Positions 1-12,755 of a stretch of DNA of 64,000 nucleotides are shown here, one piece after another. The notes under the pieces were generated by a model. That model searched no databases. It saw only the letters and a program-made list of their open reading frames with translations, and was not told the origin of the DNA. Source of the DNA: Chrysomallon squamiferum (Eukaryota > Animalia > Mollusca). Location: contig CM022677.1 of assembly GCA_012295275.1 (NCBI GenBank), positions 10,230,001 to 10,294,000 on the forward strand, read 5' to 3'. Every line of letters begins with the position of its first letter. Within the stretch, counting starts at the first letter, position 1. A program made the translations under genes and the position numbers.

Positions 1-318
1 GGCAAACATCGATACAACTTTCCCCCACGTAATGCTGTCACGAAACAAAATTTCAAGAACAGAACTCAGTGAACTTTTAACGAGCGTCGATGATTTCATC
101 GTAGTAGAGATCTTTCGAGAGACGTCATTGTAGACGTTGGGATAAAGTTTTTCGAGGACGTATCCTGCTTGTATAAAATACTGAGAATATTCGTCATAAC
201 CCGCTTTTGTATAATGCTTTTTCTTTCGCCTAGAAATCTTTTTTATCAATAGTTTGTGTAGGATGTAATCTTCACATATCACTTTGGCTACTTCAGCGAA
301 CTCGTTTTCTGAAGCCAT
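1..318 (-). CDS. BOK: Bcl-2 family protein, BOK-like (N-terminal part; runs off the window edge)
   Basis: Open frame from ATG at 318 to position 1, absent from the ORF track: MASENEFAEVAKVICEDYILHKLLIKKISRRKKKHYTKAGYDEYSQYFIQAGYVLEKLYPNVYNDVSRKISTTMKSSTLVKSSLSSVLEILFRDSITWGKVVSMFA. LFRDSITWGKVVSMFA matches the BOK-type BH1 (LFxxGITWGKVVSL). LEKLYPNVYNDVSR matches the BOK segment after BH3. AKVICEDYILHKL resembles the BH4 helix. Confidence 0.85.
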   Translation of the reverse strand, partial: MASENEFAEVAKVICEDYILHKLLIKKISRRKKKHYTKAGYDEYSQYFIQAGYVLEKLYPNVYNDVSRKISTTMKSSTLVKSSLSSVLEILFRDSITWGKVVSMFA

Positions 319-1683
319 TTTACTTCATTTTACTTACTGTTATAAAATCTTAACAGTATTTGCTTTTAACCAAATACTGACGTTTATCTTGAAACTGAGG
401 TGATATATAACAGTACATTATATTGAAATAATATATCAACAAAATGACGTAATAATAACAAGAGAACATGAAGCATATATATAGTGATATCCCAAACAGT
501 AAATATCTGCCTGAATTGTAAACTATGAAATGTATGTGAACATGTGAGAACTTGTGTTACTGAAATGCACTTAATCCTGTCAGCTGTCAGATACAGAGTA
601 TAGTAAACTAATTAATTCTCAACCAAGGTTTATTTTAAAATAACAGAGACGGTCATCAGAGTACAGACAAAAGTATTGTAACACCAGTGACATTAAGTAT
701 TCTGAAAAAAAGAAAAAGAAGGCAACAAGAACCAAACACTATCAAAATAAACCCCCATAAAAATACTTCTGTTTTTTTCAACAGAAGAGGAACCTCTCGT
801 TAATGAAATTCATTAAATTATGAATCGGACAAAATCATACTGCTCTGTTTGCTTTTAAAACAGACTGACAGATAAACACACATAGACACACAAACATTTT
901 AGCTGTAAAACAGCAGATTGTAATGTAGTAATAAATATCCCCATATTATAAGGTTTTAAAAGTTACTTCATAAATTTACCAGATTATAATGATTGTATTT
1001 CAGGTTGGAACTATTATTATAGAAAGGGTTGGCACTAGTCAGTTAATTTACATTTTACAATGAAATAAGTTTAGGTGCAGAAACAATAATTTGTCTTTGA
1101 GTTATTAATCATGATCGTATATCACACAGAGTTAAAAAAAAAAAAAAAAAAAACACCTATATAAATAAATATTCACTAAATAGTTACAAAAGAATGTAAA
1201 GCTTTAAAACTTCAAGCATTATCAATAAGCTTTAGAGATAAAATATGTTTACAAAGCCATAAATTATGAAAGCTGTTAACGTAAGCCTTACGTAAGATAT
1301 TGGCTGAACGAAATCCTCTGTTTTTATATAGAAACAAATTCTGTTAATAATTACTTATTACAAGTTTGTTTTAAACAAATATATAAAAATAAATAAATAA
1401 ACAAAGAATGAAACATGCGAAGAATAGGAAAAGCAAAAAAAAAAATAAATAAAAATAAATAGTGAGTTTTCTGTATCATCGCACACGTTACAGTTAGCTC
1501 CAGTGTTTTATTTTTGAGAGAATGACTGTTTCATTCATGTTCAGTCATTTGCTGTTAGATCTGACTACACACATACACAGACAGAACACAAAACAAACTA
1601 AATTAAAAAAAAAATAATAATAATAAATAAATAAATAAATAAAACAGACATATAAAATCAGGGTTCGAAATTCGTATGAAATG

Positions 1684-1714
<31 letters not shown>

Positions 1715-2870
1715 GCCACTATCTAATGACTATTCTCTTTGTTTTTCTTCTTCTTTTTTTTAAATTCAAATTTATGTTTGGTAGCCAAAACAAAAATTAT
1801 TAATATTTCAGCTTTTAAATGAAGGAAAACGTGTACTTGATCATTAACTTTTGAAGTAAGATTAAAAATATGCTTCGAATAGTCACTTATGCAAATATAA
1901 CCAAAATATGTGATTCTGAAAGTTTTTGTCGAACGCTTTTTAACCTACCAATCAAACAAATCAGTTCGAAGAGAACAAATCGGAACGTGTCGAAGCAGAC
2001 GACGGTAGCTAAGACGGCATTCGGGAAGGTTCGGATTTGTCCGCGTATTCGGCCGAGATGATCCGAATGGTCACTATCAAGTTTACGATGCTGTGTAAGC
2101 GAGGTCCACGGTTTTGCTTATCAAGACTAAGTTAACTAACTACAAAATTATTGTCAATAAAATTACTGAAATAAATACATAAATATTTATTTCTACTGTT
2201 ATAACTGCAGGAACTTTGTTTTGTCAGTTAAAAATAATTTTAATTTTTTTTTTTTTTTTCAGTAATATGGGATTTCTATAAAAAATTTATATATATATAA
2301 AGAAGTTATCTTGCATCCGTTTTTAATGTGAGAAAAAATACAAAATAGTTATTTATTAGAAATTTATGTAAAAAATTTAATAATAAAAATCTTAACTTTA
2401 GAAAAAATAAATAAAGATTTTTTTTGTAATTTTTTTTATTTATTTACACATTTCTAATTATTATTATTTACAGGTTTAGTTACATGTATGTATATTCACT
2501 TTTTCTTGATGTTGATGATTGTGATGTATTTTCAGTGGTTGCTATATATTTTTGTATTATTAATTTTTCCCTATTTCACAAACAGTTTGCATGCAACTTG
2601 CATTTAAAAAAGGAACAAGAACATTAATTACATTTGCAGATGATATAACCAACAAAAGATAAAAACACAATTGTTGATTTTGGAATAAATTGTTATTTTT
2701 GCATTTTAATGATCATTCCTTTCAAGCATGTAAATACTGATCTGGGGTCGCATACAGCTTGTTTGTTGTTGCTACTTTTACCTGTTACATAAACTCATTA
2801 GGTGTACTAACACTGATTCCTTACATGATTTCACAATTCTAATTTTGAAATCCTGATTCTTATGTCTGTT

Positions 2871-3562
2871 TTGACGGCTTGTGCTCCTACAGATTCATGT
2901 AAAACTGCAGCTTTCATTATTTCACTTCTCCATCATCTCAAAAAACCAGGCAACCTCAGATTCCAAGCTCTCATCCTGGCACCCTTCTGAGAATTAGCAA
3001 GACAGGTTAGAAACCTCAGATTTCAAATTTACTTGGTGACGGTATTGTATATGCCCTATCCTTACAACAAAAAAAACAAAAAAAAACAAAAAAAAAAAAA
3101 AATATAAAAATATAAAATTCGCTTCTTTATCTGGATTGAATACTTAAAGTATCCATTTAATTCATGGATTGTTTCTGAGTAAATGAAAATGTCTGGTTCT
3201 CATTTTTGTAATATTTTGATTATCTTTAGTTTCTAAAATCAAACTCCCTCTGTCTTGTTAATCCATGATGCCTGCAGTTTCTCTTTTCTGACTACCAGTC
3301 AGTACTTTCTGAACTGGGTTCCTTTAAAAATTTAACAACCAGAGAATTTAAATGGCTTTCAGCGAGGCATGTTTCAGGTTTCATTACAAAGAAAAAAACT
3401 ATTACAAAGGTTGGCCCAAAAGGTAAAAACAAATACAGTGAGCATTTTAGAATTTCTTCTTATTAAATAACTTATTAATTTGATATAAATATATTTCCTT
3501 TAACAAAAATTAAGCATGTCTTTGCTTTTAAATTGTTTGGTAAGGGTTTTTAATAACCAAAA

Positions 3563-3608
<46 letters not shown>

Positions 3609-6600
3609 TTTACAGTCATTTCATTAAATAAAATAATTATAAAAATAAAATAAAAATATGCTTTCTCTTTTCAGGTATTCTGGCTACCACTCCAAATAGA
3701 CTGGTTTTCTTACTTAAACAGTCTCCACCAGTAGTAAATCTCAGCAGGTAACTTTTACATATTTTACTAGTTTTATATTTTCAGTAATAAAATAAATCAT
3801 AACTTTATTACAAAAATATTGTTACTGAATCACTATATTTAAATTAAAATTAAAACTTAAAATGATACATAGTCTGAATTTTTGTAGTTCAGAGCCAAAA
3901 TACTTATTTTTATATTTATTACAAAAACATTGTTATTGAATCATTATATTTAATTTTAAAGAATAGAGATGGTCTGCACTTTAATCATTATTTCATCACC
4001 TTTTAGAATGAACAGTTATTACATTATTACATTATTATATAATTTTTATTTACAGTATTGAGTGGCTGGTACAGGATGAGACAGACAAATTATTTGAAGA
4101 AGGCAAAACTGGATTCAGAGATCAGGTGAGATATATTTTTTATTTGGTGAATTTGTTGTTAATAGATTTTATATTGTTAACAAAGTTTTGAAATTAATTT
4201 TTTTTAAATTCATCAATTTTTAATTAATTTTGTTTTGTTTTAATAGTATTATTTTATATTTTTTTAATTATTGACTGTTGCTTTCTATTAATAGTTATCT
4301 GAATAGGTGTAAATATTTGTTAAAATTCAGGGTCTTTGTTACAAATAATTATATTATAACAAACTGAATTAAATTTTTCTTGGACTTTGCCAAAGACATT
4401 TTCCTGATAACCAATATCTAAACTACATAATATATTTACTCTTCATAATATAATGATGATGATGATGACTACGATTATTATTAGTGTTATTGTTCCAAAT
4501 GTAGGACATTAAGTTGTACGAAAAAAACAGTTCAAACTCTTTCAATAAGATCTGGTTAAATGTAATTTCACAGTCTAATGTTGTTGTTGTTTTTGTAGTT
4601 AGCAGAAATCTACACAGTGTGTGACTCAGATGAGCTCTGTTCAGAGGGGTCGCCAGCCTTTTTACTGGGTGTCGCGAGATTGTTCTTGAGAGAGGGTGTG
4701 TTTTAGCTTTTTTTCAACTTGACTTGAAAAAACTTATAGACAGGTTTGGGACCCATCATAGTGAATGTAGATTCCTTTTGTACTTCGGTTGATGAAAATA
4801 TAGTAACTCTAGACATTATTGAATCAATAAATGGGGGTCATCAGTTATATTGAGTTACTAATAAGGGGTCACAGTTAGAAAAAGGTTGAAAACCAGTGCT
4901 TTAGATTACAATGTTAAAAGAAATAAAACATTAAATTGTATTATAATAATAATCATAATTAAAAAAATAAAATCTTTCCACTTAAAAGAATAAAAAAATA
5001 AGATTATAAGTTTCATATTTTCAGGATGCTTAAAAGGTTTTAAAACAAGTTTAAAATGTTCAGGGAATACAGCTGCCTGAGTTAATATTTGTTCAGTTCA
5101 ATGTATTTTTGTTTATTAAAAGAAGGATATAGTAAAGATATATTATCAAATTCTTTTATTTTTTATTAATATTTTTATTTTATTTATTTTTAATTTAATT
5201 TTTATTATTATTATTTTATTTAGTATGAAAAGAAATGAGTAGTATTTTGTCTGTTTTAATTTTTTTTTAATTTATATTTTTTATAGATATTAAACAATAC
5301 AGAACTGATTAAAATTTGTATTTTTCATATTAAATTCATAATTATTAGTTGGCATTTTCATGAAAATGTATATATAAATTTAAAATATTTGTGTTATAAT
5401 TATTTATTTATTTATTTATTTATATATTTTTTTCTGATGCTTAATATCTGTAAAAAAAAATACTGAACATTAATGTCACTATAAATTAATCTGGTTTTAA
5501 ATTTTATAGTAGTTTTTAAAACAGGATGATTGTTAAAATCAGATTTAATAATGTATATAATTTTTTTTTATAACTGATTATAAATGAATTAGAACTACTG
5601 TTATTTACTTATGCTTTTTTAATTCATTACATTTTCATTCTTTTTAATGTTGCAAATTTGTTTCTTTCTGCTTGCATACTAGTTAAATTAATTTAAATAA
5701 TTTCAGTGAGATGACATAGTGAAAAGTTTCTGATATGGAAACATTTGGGTGTTAATCTGCACAAAATTGATGGGAAGAGGAATTACTTCAAGGGAGTTAA
5801 TCTAGTATTAATTTTTACTTTCTACATAGGAATCTATCAGTTACAGAACTGTAAGAAAATATTTTAATTTGATACAGTTAAAGACACACATCATTTTTAT
5901 TTTATTTTTGTATTATTATTATTATGATTATTATTATTATTATTATTATTATTATAATTTTTTTTCATCTAAAAATAATATTAGATATCTGTTATAAATG
6001 ATATACAATTTTTTTTTATTAAATACTTTATTATTTTATTTGATTTTTATTATTCATCTCTTTATTTATTTACATTTTTTAAATTTGTTTTTTCCTTTAA
6101 TACGTAAATATAATATTAAATGATAATTATAAATTTTATTTTATTAGAAGGTAAATTGTAAAGATACATCTTTTTATTTTATTTATTTTTATTACTTATT
6201 TAAATTTTTTTAATTTAATATTTTTTCTCTTTAATATGTGAGAGATTATATAAATATATTAAATGATAATTATAAATTTTGTTTTTATTTTATTAAATGA
6301 TTTAAGAGTTTTAGAGTTTCTTTATTTTCTAGAGACTGTTTTAATTGTATTATAAAATCCATTTTTATAGTCATATTTTTAATTAATTAATTTATTTATT
6401 ATTATTTTTTAATTTATTTATTCCTTATTATTACTTTTTTTTTAGATAGGACAGTTCATGCTGGAAGGATGGGAAAAGCAATTACTTTCTTCACAGAGGA
6501 TGCAATAAATCTCAGAAAGTAACCAAACTTTAATAACAGTAATAAATTTATATTTTACTTATTTTTATTTTATTACAGTTATTATTATTATTATTATTAT

Positions 6601-7303
6601 TATTTTTTTTTTTTTTTTTTAATTATTCACCTTTAAATCTGCTCTTCTTTTATTTTTGATTTACAAGTAATAATTTGTTTTGTTTTTGTTACCCAAGCAT
6701 AGCAACATGCTCCAAATCAAGCCATCAAGCAAGTAAGAGTTATTTCTCAATATTGGATTTTTAGATATTGTTTAGTTGGTTTATGATTCAAAACATTTAG
6801 GGGATTTGTAATTTATATTATATTTGTTAACAGCAGTAACTGCACTTGTAATAGATGTACAATAACCAAATTATTGAATTAAGATAAAATAAGAGTTAAA
6901 TCATTTTCAATAATTTTGATTTATATAATAAAAGTATTAATTGAAAAGCCTAAATTTTTTGTTTAAAACCTAACACTTTTTATTATAAACATTATTATTC
7001 TTGTTATTATTTTTTTGTGCAATTTAGATATGTATTTATTAATTATTAATATTATTATTATTATTATCATTAAAGTGAATTTTTTAGCTGTATTTTGTAT
7101 TTTTATTTTTCAGAAAAATAATTAAAGATGTAAAAAGAAAATGCATATTTCAGAAATGAAACATGAAACTAAATGAACATTTTGAAGAAATGTTCACCAG
7201 AAATAAAAACTTTGTCAAACAACCAACAAGAAAAGAGCAAACAAAAGAAAATACAAACAAACATGAAAAGCAAAGACAGTCAGAAAAAATAAAGAAATCA
7301 TGA
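2871..7303 (+). pseudogene. DDX52: DEAD-box RNA helicase DDX52/ROK1 pseudogene (unprocessed; retains introns)
   Basis: Exon remnants: 2871-3005 ACAPTDSCKTAAFIISLLHHLKKPGNLRFQALILAPF*ELARQ; ~3338-3437 ...TKVGPKGKNKY; 3675-3747 ILATTPNRLVFLLKQSPPVVNLS; 4056-4125 [23 protein letters not shown]; from 4599 LAEIYTVCDS; from 5064 GIQLPELIFVQ; from 5707 *DDIVKSF*YGNIWVLICTKLMGRGI, 1-nt frameshift, FKGVNLV; 6446-6518 RTVHAGRMGKAITFFTEDAINLR; probable Lys-rich last exon ~7114-7303 (3' end uncertain). Disabled by Walker A GSGKT->DSCKT, three in-frame TGA stops, a frameshift and a degraded motif VI. Confidence 0.9.
4640..4906. mobile_element. Non-autonomous hAT (Charlie-like) DNA transposon fragment, one terminus
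   Basis: Ends in AAAAAGGTTGAAAACCAGTG (4879-4898), close to the reverse complement of the Charlie-type TIR CAGTGGTTCTCAACCT. Followed by CTTTAGAT, which fits the Charlie target-site pattern. Internal GGGGTCGC/GGGGTCA motifs. DDX52 homology stops where it begins. The other TIR was not found; left boundary approximate. Confidence 0.5.
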
Positions 7304-7610
7304 CAATAGGGTTTATTTTACTGAATTTTTTTTTTTAATAAATACATATTTGTCAGTTTTGTAAATTAGAAAATCTTTTTGGCAGTTTGAAAATCAATAA
7401 TATTTTCATCAAGTTTTCCAGTTTATTTTAAATTTACAAAAAATAATAATATACAGCATAAAAATAAAATAAACAAAGTATTACATCCAGTAAAAAAACA
7501 AAACAAAGTAAATTAGAAAAAAAGTTTGTTGATATATTTATTATTTTTTGTCCAGAATACTGATGTTTGCTGGTGAACGTCCCATCATGTTTAAGTTTGT
7601 TCTGTCTCCA

Positions 7611-7845
7611 TTATCTACATTGCAGAGATGGATGCTGCCTTCCACATTTTCCACATGCATGCATATATTTACATTTTCTGGGTGTGTAGCCATTTTTATT
7701 TGAAAATTTTTCATTTAAGCCATTAATGTCTGGTGCATGTGGTGTTTACAGTGTACTGGGCTAGTCAGTTAGAGTTAACTGTCTTTGGCCAAGCCCACCT
7801 GCTATGTACATTAACCATATAACTAGCTGCAGCTTCTGGCATTAA
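7611..7845 (-). mobile_element. Degenerate relic of a DIRS/Ngaro-type (tyrosine-recombinase retrotransposon) ORF1 zinc finger
   Basis: The minus frame reads KFSNKNGYTPRKCKYMHACGKCGRQHPSLQCR* (7611-7709), a C-x-Y-x-H-x-C-x2-C-x3-H-x4-C pattern like the finger at the end of DIRS/Ngaro ORF1. Upstream frames contain stops. Family assignment is from motif memory only. Confidence 0.4.
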
Positions 7846-9141
7846 AAAGTATTACAAATAATCTATAAAATATTATACAATACATTTTTACTGTGTCTAC
7901 TCATTTAGGAAAACTTACCACTATGTCAGTTTTAATTATTTTATTTTCAAGTAAGTTTATTATTATTATTATTATTATTTAAATCATTAGAATAATAATA
8001 ATTTTACTATCAAATAAATTAACATAACTTACAAAAATATGAAATAAGCACTGTTACATCTGAGAAAGATTAAGAAAAAACCCATATATATGTATATAAT
8101 AGACCTTTCAAATAGAAATAATAATAATAATGATAATAAATAACTGTAATAATAATTACAATAATAATACCAATTTTGCTTTAAATTTTGGCAAAATAAA
8201 TGTCATAAATATATATATTTTTTAAAATTACAAAATGTAATTATAAATAGATATATAATTTGTATTATTATAAATATTTTTAGTGGTGAGACATTGAAAG
8301 TTTTAAAAATTTGATGAAGTTCAAAGAAGTGAAACGAAAATGTCAATATCAGCAACTTTACTGCAAAAACTACAAGTTTACACAAAATCTAAAAATATTT
8401 TAATAACTACAATTACCAAAATAATATAAAATAAATAATTTTAAAAACATCTTAAAAATTAAATTAAATAAATTAAGTATGTAAATAAAATTTTAAAAAC
8501 AATCTTAAAAAAATAAATTTCAGAAATGGCCAAGTTTTGGTTTATTTCTGAATACGACTATCATTTTCTGTTTATTTATTTAAAGCTTATTTCCTTGGGA
8601 TGCATGATTCAAACTATTTTTCAAAATGTATTTTGCAACAGTCTTGCAAATTATTTAAATTTCTACATTCATTATAATCTATGTGAATAAAATAGAAAAA
8701 ATAAATAAATTAATTAAATAAAGTTAAAATTTAAATTTAAAAAACCCCCAAAACATCAAAAGTTGGATGTCAGTTCTAATATTATCATTTTATTCAGTAT
8801 GCCCAGGCATTTCCAGCAAGGCACCAGTAGCCACTGTTCATGATAACATTAATCACAAGAAACGTTCCAAAACTATGTTTGACACCGACGTTTAGAATGG
8901 GATGTATGAGGTAGGGGAACAGACCGAGAAAGAAGACAAGCTTTCTCCGACATTGTACAGGAAGAAAGAACAACACAACCTAATGGAATATTTCCTATTC
9001 CAGTTCCTAGAGATTCAGGTTATGCAATACAATGACCAGCTCAGCAGAGTATTCGTGACTTGTTTCTGTCAGTTGCAGGTTCAGTTAATGCGTCTGGAAA
9101 CTAGCAGATGAAAAAATTATATTTTATCAACATACAGCGAG

Positions 9142-9173
<32 letters not shown>

Positions 9174-10126
9174 TCTGTGTGTGCATGTGTACGTGTGAGT
9201 GTGTGTGTGTGTGTGAGCTGTGTGTGTGTGTGTGAGTTGTGTGTGTGTTTGTGTGTATGTGCATGTGTGTGGTAACCTCCCAGTAGTCACATTGTTTAAC
9301 ACACTATTAATATAATAAGTCACTGCAGTGTTACATAAAGCTTACATGATGATGTTGGTCATTCTTCATCTGTGGAGAGTAAGTCTGGTGTGGTCTAAGA
9401 CAAGGAGAGTTAAAAAGAACGTGTACACACACACGCACACACACAATTTTATGATTGTGTGTTTTAAATTTTATTTAAACATACAGGCTGAAGTAAATAA
9501 TGACTGTTTTGGTGCTTACAGAGTGGGTCATTTTTGTTGTTTTTTATTTGTTTTAGAAACAATATAACAAAAACAAAAATGAAACAAAAATTTGATTCAA
9601 TTACGGTGATATATAAAGTGTATGAATAAAACGTAAATATGTAATCGTTTTATTTCAAATGCAGAACGTGTAAACAAAAATATTATTATTGTCTTTAGCG
9701 GCCACCATCGATGTATGTCCCCCATTGTTTTTCAGTGGATAAATCTCTTAGATTAGCGGACACCTATTGAACGCGAACTCGATATTTAAGATGGTGCCGC
9801 CCATTTCCTGCATTGCACTGCGCATATGCAGCGATTGATGTTTTTGTCGAATAACCGCGAACTGCAGTCATAACTTTGGTAATCCAAAAAAAAAAAAAAA
9901 AAAAAAGAACCATCATTCCATGCGAGTTATATTTTATTAACACCACGTATTAGTTTAGTTTTCTGGCAGAAAACATGGAACTGGCACACATCGGTGCGAC
10001 GCAAAAACATTTTTGCTCGGGGCCACGGGGCACCACTCTATTTCATTTTTATTTTTAATAATAAGGCAAAACTGTTTTAAACTATAATTCAGATGAAGAT
10101 AAGCATATTTCTCAACAGTGACGGTT

Positions 10127-10176
<50 letters not shown>

Positions 10177-10260
10177 GCTTTTGTATGTACGTTTTTATTG
10201 AGTGTATTTTCTTGTTTTCGTATTACTTATTTACTTGATCGTTCTTTTTGTTTTTTAAAC

Positions 10261-10308
<48 letters not shown>

Positions 10309-10543
10309 TTGTTGGTGTTTTTTTATTTTTATGAGGGTATGTTTTTTTGTTGTTTTTTTTTAATTTTTTGTTAGCGTGTTTTCCTAAATTATTCAGTTTT
10401 AAATAATAAAGTGAGGAATTTTTGTGACAAAAACAGTTTTATTATCCCGGATGTTATCACTCAAGTGACGGATCTGAATATAACAAGGATGTTGTAAATA
10501 ATAAATAAAAGAACTGAACTCTTCGCATCTTCTAACACTAGCA

Positions 10544-10837
10544 ATGAGTGTCTACGTTCTGATAACCCTCTGTTTCGTTCCTCTCTCAGGTACTCATTTA
10601 TTTATTTATTTATTTATTTAATAAGTTTATTAATAACGTTTTTAGGTGGGTTTACATAAACATGCTAATACAAATGAATATGACACTGTTAAAACGTTAT
10701 TAAATAATACAATATATATCTATATATATATATATATATATCTGTATTAACAGAATGTTTTCTAGGTTGGTTGTTCAGTTATTACGTTACGTGATGATAA
10801 TAACGATTTTATTTTCAAGTTTGTCTCAGTTACAATC

Positions 10838-10912
<75 letters not shown>

Positions 10913-11313
10913 ACATATCTTACTGCAAACTGAACTTTCATACAAAATAAGACGAGAGTATATGTGTCTACGTATTAATAGAATATTTTCTATTCTGGCT
11001 GTTCAGTTATTACGTTACGGATGCTAATAAAGATTTTGTTTTCAAGTTTGTATCGGTTACAACAACTGGGATCCATGTGGTCCGCCTCCTGGTATTATTC
11101 CAAGATGTGATTTCTTCCCTGAACTCAGATCAAAAGCTTTAGTAGACTGTCGAGCTACTGGCTGTCCGCCAGGTAGTTATATTCATCATTATCATAGTGA
11201 ATCATAATTATCATTATTAATATTTAGTAATAGTACAATGTTTGTTTTATTTGCTGATGTTCTTAATATCAGATGAAGATTATGCATATTATTATTATTA
11301 TTATTATTATTAT

Positions 11314-11351
<38 letters not shown>

Positions 11352-11938
11352 ATAATAGCAGTAGTATTACTACTACTATTAGTTATTGTAATCTTATTAT
11401 TATTATGTTAGTCCTGCTGTTGTTGTTATTGTTGTTATTATTATTGTTATTATTATTATTATTGTTACTTCATAGGCCAAGTTTGCTGTCGTAATTTCTG
11501 CTCTTACTACTGTCAGAAACCATCACTCTGGCGTCCATGTAAGTACGCATCCGTGTGTGTGTGTGTGTGTGAGTGCGTGTGTGCGTGTATGTGTATTTCT
11601 GCTGTCTGTGTAATAAATTGCACTTTTGGTGCGGTAGGCAGATATTTTGTCAACAGCAGATAATACTATGTTTCCTATAAGAAATTTGTTTAAGGTATAA
11701 ATATTTTAAATTCAAAACACCAACTCCGACCAAATCTGTAAATATTTTTCACAGTTCTAAATATTTGTCTTCTATAACTCGACCACGTCCGTACTTTGAC
11801 CTTTGACCTCAGTCTTAGTCCATGTTTCTTATCCCGAATGTCGACCGGGGTCAGTGTACCCTTGTTTATGTGTGTGTGTGTGTGTGTGTGTGTGTGATAG
11901 AATACTAATGTCAACAACAAAAATTCATTTTTTAAGTC

Positions 11939-12029
<91 letters not shown>

Positions 12030-12244
12030 ATATACTGAAGCTGTGATGAATAATTATATTCATTCAGTCATTGTTGTTTTCAGATATGTGCCCAGTCAGG
12101 CGTGGCATCAAGTGTTCACGGTTGTTTGAGCCTCTCTTGAATGAATGCACTTCGGACAGAGACTGCAGAGATGGGAAACTGTGTTGTACCGTAGACTGCC
12201 GCAAACAGTGCGTCACCGGTGTACCAAGCCCTATACCGATGTGA
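10544..12244 (+). CDS. Secreted two-WAP (four-disulfide core) domain protein, perlwapin/WFDC-like, ~131 aa
   Basis: Four exons joined by phase-1 GT-AG introns: 10544-10589 (signal peptide MSVYVLITLCFVPLS), 11047-11172, 11476-11538, 12084-12244. Domain 1 CGPPPGIIPRCDFFPELRSKALVDCRATGCPPGQVCCRNFCSYYC has 8 Cys. Domain 2 CPVRRGIKCSRLFEPLLNECTSDRDCRDGKLCCTVDCRKQC has 8 Cys with the canonical WAP CxxDxDC...CC spacing. TGA at 12242-12244; AATAAA motifs near 12332-12367. Confidence 0.9.
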
Positions 12245-12418
12245 AAACAGTTTTTACAAGTGAACCTGGATAAGAAGATTAGTTTATGTCACAGAATCTC
12301 GGAGAGGAGGACGAAAACGTGACCAGAGAAAAATAAATAATAATAATAAAATAAATAAATAAATAAAAGGTCAAACGAAATTAATAAAATTGTGTATTGT
12401 TTTTTAACAGAGAGAGGG

Positions 12419-12515
<97 letters not shown>

Positions 12516-12710
12516 GGATTTATCTGATAAAGAATTGAGTAACACTGTGCTTGTAGATGCACAGATATTTTAATGCATTAATCAAATTCGTTATCTTGTC
12601 GTTACAAAGGACATTCAATTTTTCTCAACATATTTAGTGCTTACGTCACTGAATCGCTATCTAATAAAGATAAAAATTAAAAAAATGATAAAAGTTCAGT
12701 GCAATTATAC

Positions 12711-12755
<45 letters not shown>

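Noticed and set aside
1870-2110. 63-aa ORF / possible ncRNA in a CpG-rich patch
   Set aside because: No recognisable protein or RNA motif. It may be a promoter between BOK-like and the DDX52 copy, but this cannot be supported from sequence alone.
2988-5733. TGA recoding (Arg/Sec readthrough) keeping DDX52 functional
   Set aside because: The Walker A mutation, frameshift, truncated exons and transposon insertion show a real pseudogene; other genes in the window use TGA as a stop.
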